Shown: positions 41,463-51,693, counted from the stretch's first letter. The stretch: 64,000 nucleotides of DNA from an uncultured Phycisphaerales bacterium (GCA_963844715.1 CAWJPJ010000005.1:64001-128000); one strand, 5' to 3'. A program made the numbers and translations. Notes: a model not told the origin generated them from the letters alone.

Positions 41463-43171
41463 ATGTCTCTAATTGGCGCATTGAACGTCGGACAGTCGGC
41501 CCTGGCGGTGAACTCCGCCGCGCTGCAAGTCACCGGCAACAACATCGCCAACGCCGGCAACGCCAATTACGCTCGCGAAGTCGCCGACGTCACCCCCGCC
41601 GCGGATCAGCAACTTGCCCCCGGTTTATTCGTCGGGACCGGCATCGATCTCACCGACGTCCAGCGCCAGGTCGACGAATCCCTGAATGGCCGCCTCAATT
41701 CCGCCATCAGCGACAACAACGCCGCCAACGTCAATTCCCAGTGGAGCGGGCAGATTCAATCGATATTCAACGCCCTGGGCAGCCAGAACCTCAGCACGGA
41801 CATGACCACTTTCCTGGGAAGTTGGTCCACGCTGGCCAACAATCCGCAGGATTCCGCCCAGCGGCAGGTCGTCCTGCAAGCCGGCCAGACCGTCACTCAG
41901 GACTTCAATAATCTCTCCACCCAACTCGGAACGATTCAGACCAACATCGGCCAGCAACTTACCACGCTCACCGGCCAAGCCAACCAATACGCGACTGAAA
42001 TCGCACAGCTCAACACCCAGATCGCCAATTCCCAGGGCGGCAGCGCCATCGAGCCTGGCGGCGACAACAGCCTCCTCGACCAGCGCGATCAGCTCGTCCA
42101 GCAGCTTTCGCAACTTGTCAACGTGCAGGCCGTTAATCAGGGGAACGGCACCGTCAACCTTTATGTCGGCTCCGAGCCGCTTGTCATGGCCGGAAGCACC
42201 CGCGGACTGACCGTCGTTCCGCAGCAGATGAACGGCCAGCCCAACTACCAGATCGTTTTCACTTCCGACAACAGCCCCGTTCAGGCCACCAGCGGGCAAA
42301 TCAGCGGCGCTCCTCAATTCCCAGACGCAGGCCGCCACCGTCTCGCAGCAATTGAGCAATCTCGCCGCCGGTTTCATCTCTTCGGTCAACGACATTCACG
42401 CCAGCGGGCAAGGCACGACCGGATTCACGTCCGTGACGGGAACCAATCAGGTTCTCGATCCCACCGCCGCGCTGAATAGCACCGCCGCCGGCCTCCAATT
42501 CCCGCCGAAAAACGGCAGCTTCGTTGTGAGTGTGACCGACACGTCGACCGGGCTCTCCTCCAGCACCCTCGTCCCGGTCTCACTTACGGGTAGCCCCGGC
42601 GACACAACGCTGAACAGCCTCGTCACCAGCCTCAACGCCATCTCCGGCGTCCAGGCATCCGTTGCCGGGGGACAGCTCACTATCGCCTCGACCAATCCCA
42701 ATCAAACCATTTCATTCAGCCAGGATTCCAGCAACGTCCTGGCGGCTCTGGGCATCAATACCTTTTTCCAGGGTTCCAACGGCGCAGAATATCGCCGTGA
42801 ATTCCTTCTTGCAGAGCAACCCGCAATTCGTCGCCGCCGCCCAAAACGGCAGCGCCGACGACAACAGCAACGCCCTCGCTCTGGCCAATGCCGGAAACGT
42901 CAGTCAGACCGTTTTGAACGGCCAGTCGGTCAACGACGCTTACAGTTCCATGATGAACGGCGTCGCCACCGCCGCTTCCACGGCCACCAACAACGCGTCT
43001 TCCACGCTCGACATCGTGAACACGCTGCAAGCCCAGCAGCAAGCGGTCAGCGGCGTCAGTATCGATGAGGAAACCATCAACCTTATCAAGCAGCAGCAGG
43101 CGTATGCCGGCGCCGCGCGGGTGATTTCAACCGTCGATCAAATGGTGCAGTCGCTTTTGGCCATTACTTAA
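41463..43171 (+). CDS. flgK: Hook-associated protein 1 (two frameshifts)
   Basis: LQVTGNNIANAGNANYARE...LLDQRDQL...SGVSIDEETINLIKQQQAYAGAARVI. Confidence 0.93.
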
Positions 43172-43179
43172 AGGCAAGT

Positions 43180-45102
43180 ATGTCCGTCGTACCCGTTGGT
43201 CTTGTTCGCGTCAGCAACCTGCTGCAAACCAGCCTTGCGCAGGAGTCTATCGACAGCGTACAGAGCCAGCTTCTTCAGGTTCAGAACGAACTGACGACCG
43301 GCAAGCAGGTCAACCAGCCCAGCGACAATCCCGCCGCCGCGGCGTCCATCGAGACATTGAATCAAACCCTGGCCCAGCGCCAGACCTATTCCGACAACAT
43401 CAATTCAGCCAGCGCCCAGATGAGCGAGGCCGATTCCACCCTCGGCAATCTCACCACTCTGCTCCAGCAAGCCGAGACCATCGCCTCCAGCAACGTCGGC
43501 TCCGACGTCTCCGCCTCCCAGCAGCAAAGCGCCAGCTCCGTCGTGCAGAGCCTTTTCAATCAGGCCCTGAACGTCGGAAACACCCAGTACAACAGTATGT
43601 ATCTCTTCGGCGGCGCCGACGCTCAGCAGGCTCCGTTCTCGGCCACCAACGGCGGCGTGATGTTCGTCGGCTCGACGCAAACCCTACAAAACACCGCCGA
43701 TGCCGGACTTCTCGTCCCCTTCCAGATCGATGGCGCCAGCGTCTTCGGCTCCAACACCACCGGCGTAACCGGCACCACCAATATTTCCCCGCAGCTCACC
43801 GCCTCGACGCGCCTTTCCGATATCGCCGGCACCGCCGGTGACGGGATCCGCCTCGGCACCGTTCAAATCAGCGACGGAACCGTCACTAAAACCGTCGACC
43901 TGAGCAGTGCCTCCAGCATCGGCGACGTCGTCAACCTCATCAACAACGCCGGCGTGAGTTCCATCACCGCTTCCATCTCGGGCCAGGGTCTCACCCTTAC
44001 GGGCACCTCCGGCGAAAATATATCAGTCACCGATGTCGCGGGAACCGCCGCGGCCGACCTGGGCATCGCCACTCCCACCGGAGGAATGGGCGACGGCAAT
44101 CCCGACGTCGGCTCGTCCATGAACCCGCGCGTCACCGATCTCACCGCCATCTCCGATCTCGACGACGGCTCCGGAATCGACCCCTCCGGCATGATCATCA
44201 GCAACGGCAGCACGACCAAAACCATCACCTGGTCCGCCGGTGCGACGGTGGGGGATCTTCTCAACTCCATCAACGGCGCCGGCCTCGGAGTTCAAGCCTC
44301 GATCAACTCCGCCGGAACCGGCCTCAATATCGTCAACTCCACCCAGGGAACGACTCTTTCCATCGCCGAAAACGGCGGCGACACCGCGACCGAACTTGGG
44401 CTCCGCACCTACAGCCCGACCACGCTTCTGTCATCCATGAACAACGGCCAGGGCATCACCACCGCCGGCGCCGGAACCCCCGATTTTCAAATCACTGCCG
44501 CCAATGGAACCGTCTTCCCGGTCACCCTCGGCTCGGCGACAACCATCCAGGATGTCATCAACGCGATCAATAACGCCCCTGGAAACCCCGGCGTCACCGC
44601 CAGCTTCGCCACCACCGGCAACGGAATTGTCCTCACCGATACCACCGGTGGCAGCGGCTCGCTGGCCGTCAACGCCTTGAATAACTCCAATGTCGCCGCC
44701 GAACTCGGCCTGACCAATCCCCCGACCGGCAATACCGTCAACGGGGGCGACGTTAACCTCATTCAAAGCACCGGCGTCTTCGCCGACCTCCAGCAGCTCA
44801 TCACCGGCCTCCAGACCGGGAATTCCAAGATGATTACCGCTGCCGGAACGGGAATCCAAAACGACATTAATAACGTGATATCCGTCCGCGGCCAGGCGGG
44901 CGCCGTCGCCCAGCAACTGGCCAGCCAGCAGACCCAGATCACCCAGGAGAATACCGCGACCCAGTCGCTGATATCCCAGCTCCAGGACGTGAACATCGCC
45001 GACGCGGTCACGCAGTTCCAGCAGTTGCAGACCGCCCTGCAGGCGAGCCTGCAAACGACGGCGATGTCCCTGAGCCTCACCCTTTTGGACTTTTTGACAT
45101 GA
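43180..45102 (+). CDS. flgL: Hook-associated protein 3 with insertion domains
   Basis: TTGKQVNQPSDNP...YLFGG...LQDVNIADAV...SLTLLDFL. Confidence 0.93.
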   Translation: MSVVPVGLVRVSNLLQTSLAQESIDSVQSQLLQVQNELTTGKQVNQPSDNPAAAASIETLNQTLAQRQTYSDNINSASAQMSEADSTLGNLTTLLQQAETIASSNVGSDVSASQQQSASSVVQSLFNQALNVGNTQYNSMYLFGGADAQQAPFSATNGGVMFVGSTQTLQNTADAGLLVPFQIDGASVFGSNTTGVTGTTNISPQLTASTRLSDIAGTAGDGIRLGTVQISDGTVTKTVDLSSASSIGDVVNLINNAGVSSITASISGQGLTLTGTSGENISVTDVAGTAAADLGIATPTGGMGDGNPDVGSSMNPRVTDLTAISDLDDGSGIDPSGMIISNGSTTKTITWSAGATVGDLLNSINGAGLGVQASINSAGTGLNIVNSTQGTTLSIAENGGDTATELGLRTYSPTTLLSSMNNGQGITTAGAGTPDFQITAANGTVFPVTLGSATTIQDVINAINNAPGNPGVTASFATTGNGIVLTDTTGGSGSLAVNALNNSNVAAELGLTNPPTGNTVNGGDVNLIQSTGVFADLQQLITGLQTGNSKMITAAGTGIQNDINNVISVRGQAGAVAQQLASQQTQITQENTATQSLISQLQDVNIADAVTQFQQLQTALQASLQTTAMSLSLTLLDFLT

Positions 45103-45106
45103 GGCG

Positions 45107-45122
45107 TGGCACGCGGATTGCA
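45107..45122 (+). promoter_or_regulatory. Sigma54 (-24/-12) promoter
   Basis: TGGCACGCGGATTGCA, exact TGGCAC-N5-TTGCA consensus, 5 bp after the flgL stop. Confidence 0.8.
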
Positions 45123-45132
45123 AGGAAAGTGG

Positions 45133-45478
45133 TGCGATGTAGATTGCGACAGTATTATAAGCAATCGAACGCATAGGAGCGCAGAAAATTCTGCCGGGAG
45201 AGGCGGAAATTGCCGGCCGGGGACCGTGTGAAAAAACGCGGCCGGTCGGATGAATGAAAGGGACCGCGGAGACGGTCCCCGGCGCGGCGGAGCCGCGCCA
45301 CGACGCCTTTGGGGCCTTGGAGGCCCGGGCGAACCTCCGTTCTGCGGAGGGGTGAATGGATTCACGCGCGGCGGACGCCGCGCAGCAAGCCGACGGTGTG
45401 TCGCCGGCGGCGAAGGAGTCGCAAACCGGACGGTCCTCCCGTTATGGAGACGCCGGTCCATGCTGCATAGGAGCACTC
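45133..45478 (+). ncRNA. Putative CsrA-binding RNA (CsrB/RsmZ-like GGA hairpin array) forming the fliW-csrA leader
   Basis: About 11 stem-loops with GGA in the loop, e.g. GGGACCG-cggaga-CGGTCCC, GGCGCGGC-gga-GCCGCGCC, GTGAA-tgga-TTCAC, GCGCGGC-ggac-GCCGCGC; 5' end inferred from the promoter. Confidence 0.65.
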
Positions 45479-45929
45479 ATGGAAATCGAAACTTCCCGTT
45501 TCGGAGTACTGTCGATTGACGACCAGCGAATCATGACTTTCCCAAAGGGACTCCTCGGATTCCCGGGTCAGTCCAGATTCGCACTGATCAAGGCCGGCCA
45601 GAACAATTACTTCTTCTGGCTGCAAAGTGTTGACGATCCCCACCTCGCCTTCGTGGTGACGGATCCGAGCACTTTCTTCAAGGACTACGACGTCGCCCTT
45701 GCGCGATGAAACGATCGCGGACCTCGAGTTGGTCGACCCCGCCGCCATGCAGGTCTTCGTGATCTGCAACAAAGTCGGCGAATGGCTGACCGGAAATCTG
45801 CTCGGCCCGATCGTCGTCAACACCGCCAGCCGACTTGCCCAGCAAATCGTGCTGACGGAAAAGAAGTGGACGACCCGGCAGCCCCTGCTGCGGCTGCAAG
45901 CCGAGGTGCAACTGGCCAAATCGGCGTGA
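45479..45929 (+). CDS. fliW: Flagellar assembly factor and CsrA antagonist (frameshift near 45700)
   Basis: MEIETSRFG...FPKGLLGF...[18 protein letters not shown] / [11 protein letters not shown]...QQIVL. Confidence 0.93.
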
Positions 45930-46053
45930 GGGTGTTCAGGGGGCACGCCGGACGGTTGCGATTGCGCAACCGCGAGGCTTCGTGACAGGGATGTCATGCG
46001 ACATCGCCCGCGCCTGTTCAACAGGTCCGCGGGCTGACAGGAAGGAGCCTGAA

Positions 46054-46305
46054 ATGTTGGTTCTGTCCCGGCAGCGCGACGAAACGATCATGATCGGCGA
46101 CGACATCGAAGTGACCGTCGTCGACATCCGCGGCGATAAGGTTCGCCTCGGAATTAACGCACCAAAGGAAATCAGCGTCCACCGCAAAGAGGTCTATGAC
46201 GCTATCCGCCGCGAAAACAAAGCGGCGGCTCAAGTGAAACCCGAGGATCTTTCGGGATTAGGAAAGATCGGTTCCAAGAACCCTGACCAGGAACCTAAAC
46301 CGTAG
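46054..46305 (+). CDS. csrA: Carbon storage regulator with C-terminal extension
   Basis: [18 protein letters not shown]...[30 protein letters not shown]. Confidence 0.97.
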   Translation: MLVLSRQRDETIMIGDDIEVTVVDIRGDKVRLGINAPKEISVHRKEVYDAIRRENKAAAQVKPEDLSGLGKIGSKNPDQEPKP

Positions 46306-46372
46306 GCGGCAAAGGCTATGTTGATGTCCCGCCCAAATCGTCTATCGCCAGACACAATCATGGAGGATTGAC

Positions 46373-47806
46373 GTGTCCGTTATTAACACAAATGTCGCGG
46401 CCCTTATCGCGCAAAACGGCCTGGCAAATTCAGAGACTTCTCTAAATCAGGCGTTGCAACGCCTCAGCACCGGTCTACGCATTAACAGCGGCGCGGATGA
46501 TCCCGCCGGGTTGATCGCAAGCCAGTCGCTTCAAAGCGAGATGGCCGGTTTACAGGCGGCGATCAGCAACAGCGCCACCGCCACCAACGTGATCTCGACG
46601 GCCGATGCCGCCCTTTCCGAGGTATCGTCCCTTCTGCAAAACGTAAAGGGTCTGGTTGTCGCGTCCGCCAACTCCGGCGCTTTGTCTCCGCAGGAACTCC
46701 AGGCGAACCAGCTCCAGGTCGATTCCGCGGTGCAGAGCATCACGCGAATCGCCTCGACCACCAGTTTCGCCGGTCTCAACCTGCTCGACGGCAGTCTCGA
46801 TTACATCACCAGCGGCGTGCACAGCAGCGCCATCGCGGCGCTGAGCATCTCCCAGGCCAATCTCGGCACCGCCGTCAGCATGCCCGTCAATATCAACGTC
46901 ATCAGCAGCGCCAAGCTCGCCGATCTTCGGTTTGTGGGCAGCTCCATCGGCACCAGCACCACGCTCTCCATCGGCGGAACCGAAGGCGTTCAGACTCTCT
47001 CCTTCGTCAGCGGAACCACCGCTTCGGCGATCGCCTTTGCCGTCAACAACATCTCCGACAGCACCGGCGTCTCCGCCAATTTGATTAATAGCGCCAGTCC
47101 GACTTCCGGCGTTAATTTCACCAGCACGACCTACGGATCCAAGTCGTTCGTCTCGATCCAGGCCCAGACCGGAACCTTCACGACCGAGGACCTCACCGGC
47201 GCCGTCAAGGCCCGCAGCACCGGCGCGGACGCCGTCGCCACCATCAATGGCGCCGTCACCGTCGGATCGGGTCAGGACCTCACTCTCAATACCTCGACCC
47301 TCGATCTGAATCTAACCCTGAACAACTCCTTTGGCATTGGCCAAACGAGCTTCGCCATCACCGGAGGCGGCGCCAACTTCCAGCTCGGCTCGCAGGTCGC
47401 CAGCGACCAGCAAGTCAGCATCGGAATTGGTTCCGTTGCCGCCAGCCAGCTCGGCAATAACGCCGACGGCTTCCTGAACGATATCGCAACCGGCGGCAGC
47501 GCCACCTTGGTCGGCGGGCAAGCCGAAACGGCCAGCACAATCATCGACGACGCCATCAACCAGGTCGCCGTTCTGCGTGGAAGACTCGGCGCTTTTGAAG
47601 CCAATACGCTGGAAACCAACTCCAGCGCCTTGCAGGTAGCGCTTCAGAACGTCACCAGCAGCGAAAGTGACATCACCGACGCGAATTTCGCCCAGGAAAC
47701 CAGCAATTTGACGCGCGCTCAGATTCTGGTCCAGGCCGGAACCAGCGTCCTGGCCACCGCAAATACCATCCCGCAGACCGCTCTGACGCTGCTCACCGGC
47801 CATTAA
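46373..47806 (+). CDS. fliC: Flagellin 1
   Basis: INTNVAAL...[18 protein letters not shown]...RGRLGAF...[19 protein letters not shown]. Confidence 0.96.
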   Translation: MSVINTNVAALIAQNGLANSETSLNQALQRLSTGLRINSGADDPAGLIASQSLQSEMAGLQAAISNSATATNVISTADAALSEVSSLLQNVKGLVVASANSGALSPQELQANQLQVDSAVQSITRIASTTSFAGLNLLDGSLDYITSGVHSSAIAALSISQANLGTAVSMPVNINVISSAKLADLRFVGSSIGTSTTLSIGGTEGVQTLSFVSGTTASAIAFAVNNISDSTGVSANLINSASPTSGVNFTSTTYGSKSFVSIQAQTGTFTTEDLTGAVKARSTGADAVATINGAVTVGSGQDLTLNTSTLDLNLTLNNSFGIGQTSFAITGGGANFQLGSQVASDQQVSIGIGSVAASQLGNNADGFLNDIATGGSATLVGGQAETASTIIDDAINQVAVLRGRLGAFEANTLETNSSALQVALQNVTSSESDITDANFAQETSNLTRAQILVQAGTSVLATANTIPQTALTLLTGH

Positions 47807-47838
47807 TCGCCGGCTGAAGGAAAAATTTTTTCCGCGCT

Positions 47839-47872
47839 AAGGCGGCCCGATTTCGGGTCGCCTTTTTCTTTT
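47839..47872 (+). terminator. Intrinsic terminator
   Basis: AAGGCGGCCCGA-tt-TCGGGTCGCCTT followed by a T tract. Confidence 0.85.
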
Positions 47873-47987
47873 GTGCCAATAAATCTCCCGCCGGCGCGGC
47901 TGATCGCCGCGACTCCGCCCTTCTCATCCGCGAACTCTGCCGCCACGTTTGGGTTGCTCTGAAAAAATTCACGCCATCCCTCACATC

Positions 47988-48015
47988 TAAAGTGCCCCTA
48001 TCTCGCCGTCGATAC
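47988..48015 (+). promoter_or_regulatory. Sigma28-type promoter of flagellin 2
   Basis: TAAA-N16-GTCGATAC. Confidence 0.65.
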
Positions 48016-48212
48016 GCGGAGTGAAGCCCAGTGCTGCTGAACAGGCTGTCAAGCACTTGGCCGACTTGCACGGTAGGGGGCGAGCTTTTGTGAAGTGGGA
48101 CCGCTTAGCCGGGTGGGTCCCATGCGGCGGCCTGATGACTGTCCGGTTTCCCCTGACCTGACAGCGTCCGCCAGAACAGGGAAGGCGTACATCGCCATGG
48201 AGCAAGTGTCTT

Positions 48213-49625
48213 ATGAGCGTCATTAATACAAACGTCAGTTCGTTGATCGCGCAAAACGCTCTTCAACAGAACAACCAGGCGCTGTCGACCAGCCTTGAAC
48301 GGCTTAGCACCGGTCTCCGCATCAACAGCGGTGCCGATGACCCGTCAGGTCTGATCGCCAGCCAATCGTTGCAGCAGGAACAGACCGGCATTCAAACCGC
48401 CATCAGCAACGCCAGCCTCGCTGGCAACGTCATTGGTACGGCTGAAGGTGGTCTGAATGAAGTCAGCAGCCTGCTGCTTCAGCTTCAAGGTCTCGTCGGC
48501 CAGGCAGCCAATACCGGCGGCCTCAGCTCCGACGAAGTCCAGGCCGACCAGTTGCAGGTGGACTCCATTCTCTCCACCATCAACCGCATTGCCGGCTCGA
48601 CGACTTTCGAAGGCCAGCAGCTCCTAAACGGCAATCTCGACTACACCACCAGCGGCGTCACCGCCTCGGCGGTCACCGCTCTTGAGGTGAACAGCGCCCT
48701 CGTGCCCGACGGCGGGACCGTCGGCGTCGCCGTGCAGGTCGTCAGCTCCGGCAAGACCGGAACCGTCACCTACACCGGCGGCACCGTCACCGGCAGCACC
48801 GTCACCCTCCAGGTCTCCGGCAACGCCGGTACGACCCAGTTGTCATTCGCGTCGGGAACCACGATCTCCTCGATCGTGACCGCCATCAACGGCGTCAAGA
48901 CCTCCACGGGTCTTTCCGCCCAGGTCAGCGGCACCGACATCCGAATCAACTCCACTGAGTTTGGTTCAACCCAGTTCGTCAGCGTCCAGGCGATTGAGGG
49001 CACCGTCAGCGGCCTCAGTTCGACGAACAAGCAGTTCGGAAGTGACGCCGACGTGACCGTCAACGGCGCCGCCGCCAACGTCAGCGGTCTGGCCGTCAGC
49101 TATCGTAACTCGAACCTCGACGTCAGCTTCGACGTGGCTCAGAAGTATGACAAGCCCGGTTCGCAGACCTTCTACATTACCGGCGGCGGAGCGACCTTCG
49201 CCCTCGGTTCCTCGGTCACCGCGACCAACAATGCCTCCATCGGTATTGCTTCGGTCTCCACCAGCAGCCTGGGTAACGTCAATGACGGATTCCTCAGCTC
49301 GCTGGGAAGCGGCGGAACCAACAGCCTCTCCAGCGGGAACCTGACCACCGCTCAGAATATTTTGAGCGATTCGATCAATCAGGTTAGTAACCTCCGCGGT
49401 CGTCTCGGTGCGTTCCAATCGTTGACCATCGGGTCGACGGTGAACAGCCTGGGCGTCGCGTACGAAAACGTGTCGGCCGCCGAATCGGCGATTACCGATA
49501 CCGACTTCGCTTCGGAAACCAGTAACCTGACCCGCGATCAGATCCTGTCTCAGGCGGCCACCACCGTCCTGGCTCAGGCGAACGCGGTTCCTCAGGAGGC
49601 CTTGACGCTCCTTCAAGGCCACTAA
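48213..49625 (+). CDS. fliC: Flagellin 2
   Basis: Flagellin N- and C-terminal signatures, 470 aa. Confidence 0.96.
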   Translation: MSVINTNVSSLIAQNALQQNNQALSTSLERLSTGLRINSGADDPSGLIASQSLQQEQTGIQTAISNASLAGNVIGTAEGGLNEVSSLLLQLQGLVGQAANTGGLSSDEVQADQLQVDSILSTINRIAGSTTFEGQQLLNGNLDYTTSGVTASAVTALEVNSALVPDGGTVGVAVQVVSSGKTGTVTYTGGTVTGSTVTLQVSGNAGTTQLSFASGTTISSIVTAINGVKTSTGLSAQVSGTDIRINSTEFGSTQFVSVQAIEGTVSGLSSTNKQFGSDADVTVNGAAANVSGLAVSYRNSNLDVSFDVAQKYDKPGSQTFYITGGGATFALGSSVTATNNASIGIASVSTSSLGNVNDGFLSSLGSGGTNSLSSGNLTTAQNILSDSINQVSNLRGRLGAFQSLTIGSTVNSLGVAYENVSAAESAITDTDFASETSNLTRDQILSQAATTVLAQANAVPQEALTLLQGH

Positions 49626-49667
49626 GCTTGGTCTGGTAAGCTATCAGCTTAGTCCAGAACGCTCATT

Positions 49668-49698
49668 GCCCCCGGTTCTCGCGAACCGGGGGCTTTTT
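49668..49698 (+). terminator. Intrinsic terminator
   Basis: GCCCCCGGTT-ctcgcg-AACCGGGGGC-TTTTT. Confidence 0.88.
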
Positions 49699-49837
49699 CG
49701 TTTCCCACTACCTTCCCGCCGATAAAAATTCCATTCCTCCCGTTTGACTCGCCCACTTCGCAAATTTCGGGTTCTTCTGCACCGCCGTATTTTCCCCCGC
49801 CCTATAACACACCGCGCCCAGCCGCGTCGTTTTGGCA

Positions 49838-49865
49838 AAAGATTCTTTGCTCACTCCGTCGATTC
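49838..49865 (+). promoter_or_regulatory. Possible sigma28 promoter of flagellin 3
   Basis: AAAG-N16-GTCGATTC, weaker match. Confidence 0.4.
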
Positions 49866-50198
49866 AGGGACGCAGCGGATTCGTTCCCGGCGGCGGCACG
49901 GCGCTGTCTGACCGCTCCTCCGCAGGAACAGGACCGCCTCGTGAGAAAGGAGTCGTCCTTCCACCATGAGGGAGCCACGGGCTCCCAATTCTCATCGCTC
50001 CGCTTCGGCGGCGGCGGTTGTTAACTGGAGCCCCTACATGGCCTCCAGCAGGCGATCGGTGAATGGAACCCTGACTTCCCGATCGTTTCGTATTCAGGGG
50101 ATGGAATCGCACGCCGCTCAAATTAGTTTCGAGCGGCTCATGTAAAAGGGATCGCAGCTCCCTCTTACGCGAGAAAACGTCATGGAGAGACAAATTTT

Positions 50199-51610
50199 AT
50201 GAGCGTAATAAACACCAACGTCAGCTCGTTGATTGCGCAGCGATCGCTGCAGCAAAACAACGAGGCGCTGTCCACCAGTCTTGAACGGCTCAGCACCGGT
50301 CTCCGCATCAACAGCGGCGCCGACGATCCGGCAGGTCTGATTGCCAGCCAACAGTTACAACAGGAACAAACCGGCATTCAGCAAGCCATCAGCAACGCCA
50401 GCCTCGCTGGCAACGTCATTGGCACCGCTGAAGGCGGTCTGAACGAAGTCAGCAGTCTGCTGCTTCAGCTCCAAGGTCTGATCGGCCAGGCCGCCAACTC
50501 CGGCGGCCTCAGCTCCGACCAGGTCTCCGCTGACCAGTTGCAGGTTGACTCGATCCTCACCACCATCAACAGAATTGCCGGCTCGACCACCTTCGAAGGC
50601 CAGCAACTTCTTAACGGCAACCTCGACTACACCACCAGCGGTGTCGTTGCCTCCTCGATCTCGGCGCTACAGGTCAACAGCGCCCTGGTCCCCGACGGAG
50701 GCACCGTCGGCGTCGCGGTTCAGGTCGTCACCTCCGGTAAGACCGGCACCGTCACCTACACCGGCGGCACCGTCACCGGCAGCACCGTGACCCTTCAGAT
50801 CGCCGGCAACACCGGGACTACCCAGTTGTCGTTCGCTTCTGGATCGACCATTTCCTCGATCGCCACCGCCATCAACGGCGTCAAAAATTCCACGGGTCTA
50901 TCCGCCCAGGTAAGCGGCACAGACCTGCGCATCAACTCCACGGAATTCGGATCGACCCAGTTCGTCAGCGTCGCTGCGCTGGCGGGAACTTTCTCCGGCC
51001 TCAGCTCCAGCAACAAGCAGTTTGGAGCCGACGCCGACATCACCGTCAACGGCGCGGCCGCTAACGTCGCGGGTCTGGCTGTCAGCTACCGCAACTCCAG
51101 CCTCGACGTCAGCTTCAACCTTGCCCAGAAGTATGACAAGCCGGGTTCGCAGACCTTCTACATCACCGGCGGCGGGGCGACCTTTGCCCTCGGTTCCCAG
51201 GTTACTGAAACCAACAAGGCCTCCATCGGAATCGCTTCCGTATCCACCGGCGATCTCGGAAATTCCGTCGATGGATACCTCAGCTCGCTCGGCAGCGGCG
51301 GCACCAACAGCCTCTCCAGCGGGAATCTGACCGTCGCTCAGACCATTCTGAACGACGCCGTCGATCAGGTCAGCAGTCTCCGAGGCCGTTTGGTGCGTTC
51401 CAATCGTTGACCATCGGGTCCACGGTGAACAGCCTGGGCGTCGCGTACGAAAACGTGTCGGCCGCCGAATCGGCGATCACCGATACCGACTTCGCGCAGG
51501 AAACCAGCAACCTGACGCGCGATCAGATCCTGTCGCAGGCGGCTACCACCGTCCTGGCCCAGGCAAACGCGACCCCTCAAGAGGCCTTGACCCTGCTGCA
51601 AGGCCACTAA
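50199..51610 (+). CDS. fliC: Flagellin 3 (frameshift near 51390)
   Basis: Close paralog of flagellin 2; ORFs 50199..51410 and 51407..51610. Confidence 0.94.
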
Positions 51611-51653
51611 GACTTAGGCTGGTCTGGTAACGCACAACTTCTCACGAGACTCT

Positions 51654-51693
51654 AAGACGCCCCCGGCTCTCACGCCGGGGGTGTCTTTTTTTT
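51654..51693 (+). terminator. Intrinsic terminator
   Basis: AAGACGCCCCCGGC-tctcac-GCCGGGGGTGTCTT followed by a T tract. Confidence 0.88.

Noticed and set aside
45250..45519. Short ORFs in the flgL-fliW gap (45250..45519; upstream extension 45356 of fliW)
   Set aside because: Gly/Arg-rich translation of GC hairpins with no recognisable motif; FliW homology begins at ATG 45479, which has its own SD
47806..50198. c-di-GMP-I riboswitch in flagellin leaders
   Set aside because: The GGCAAA...GAAA...GACGCAAAG core pattern was not found by eye; a covariance search is still advisable
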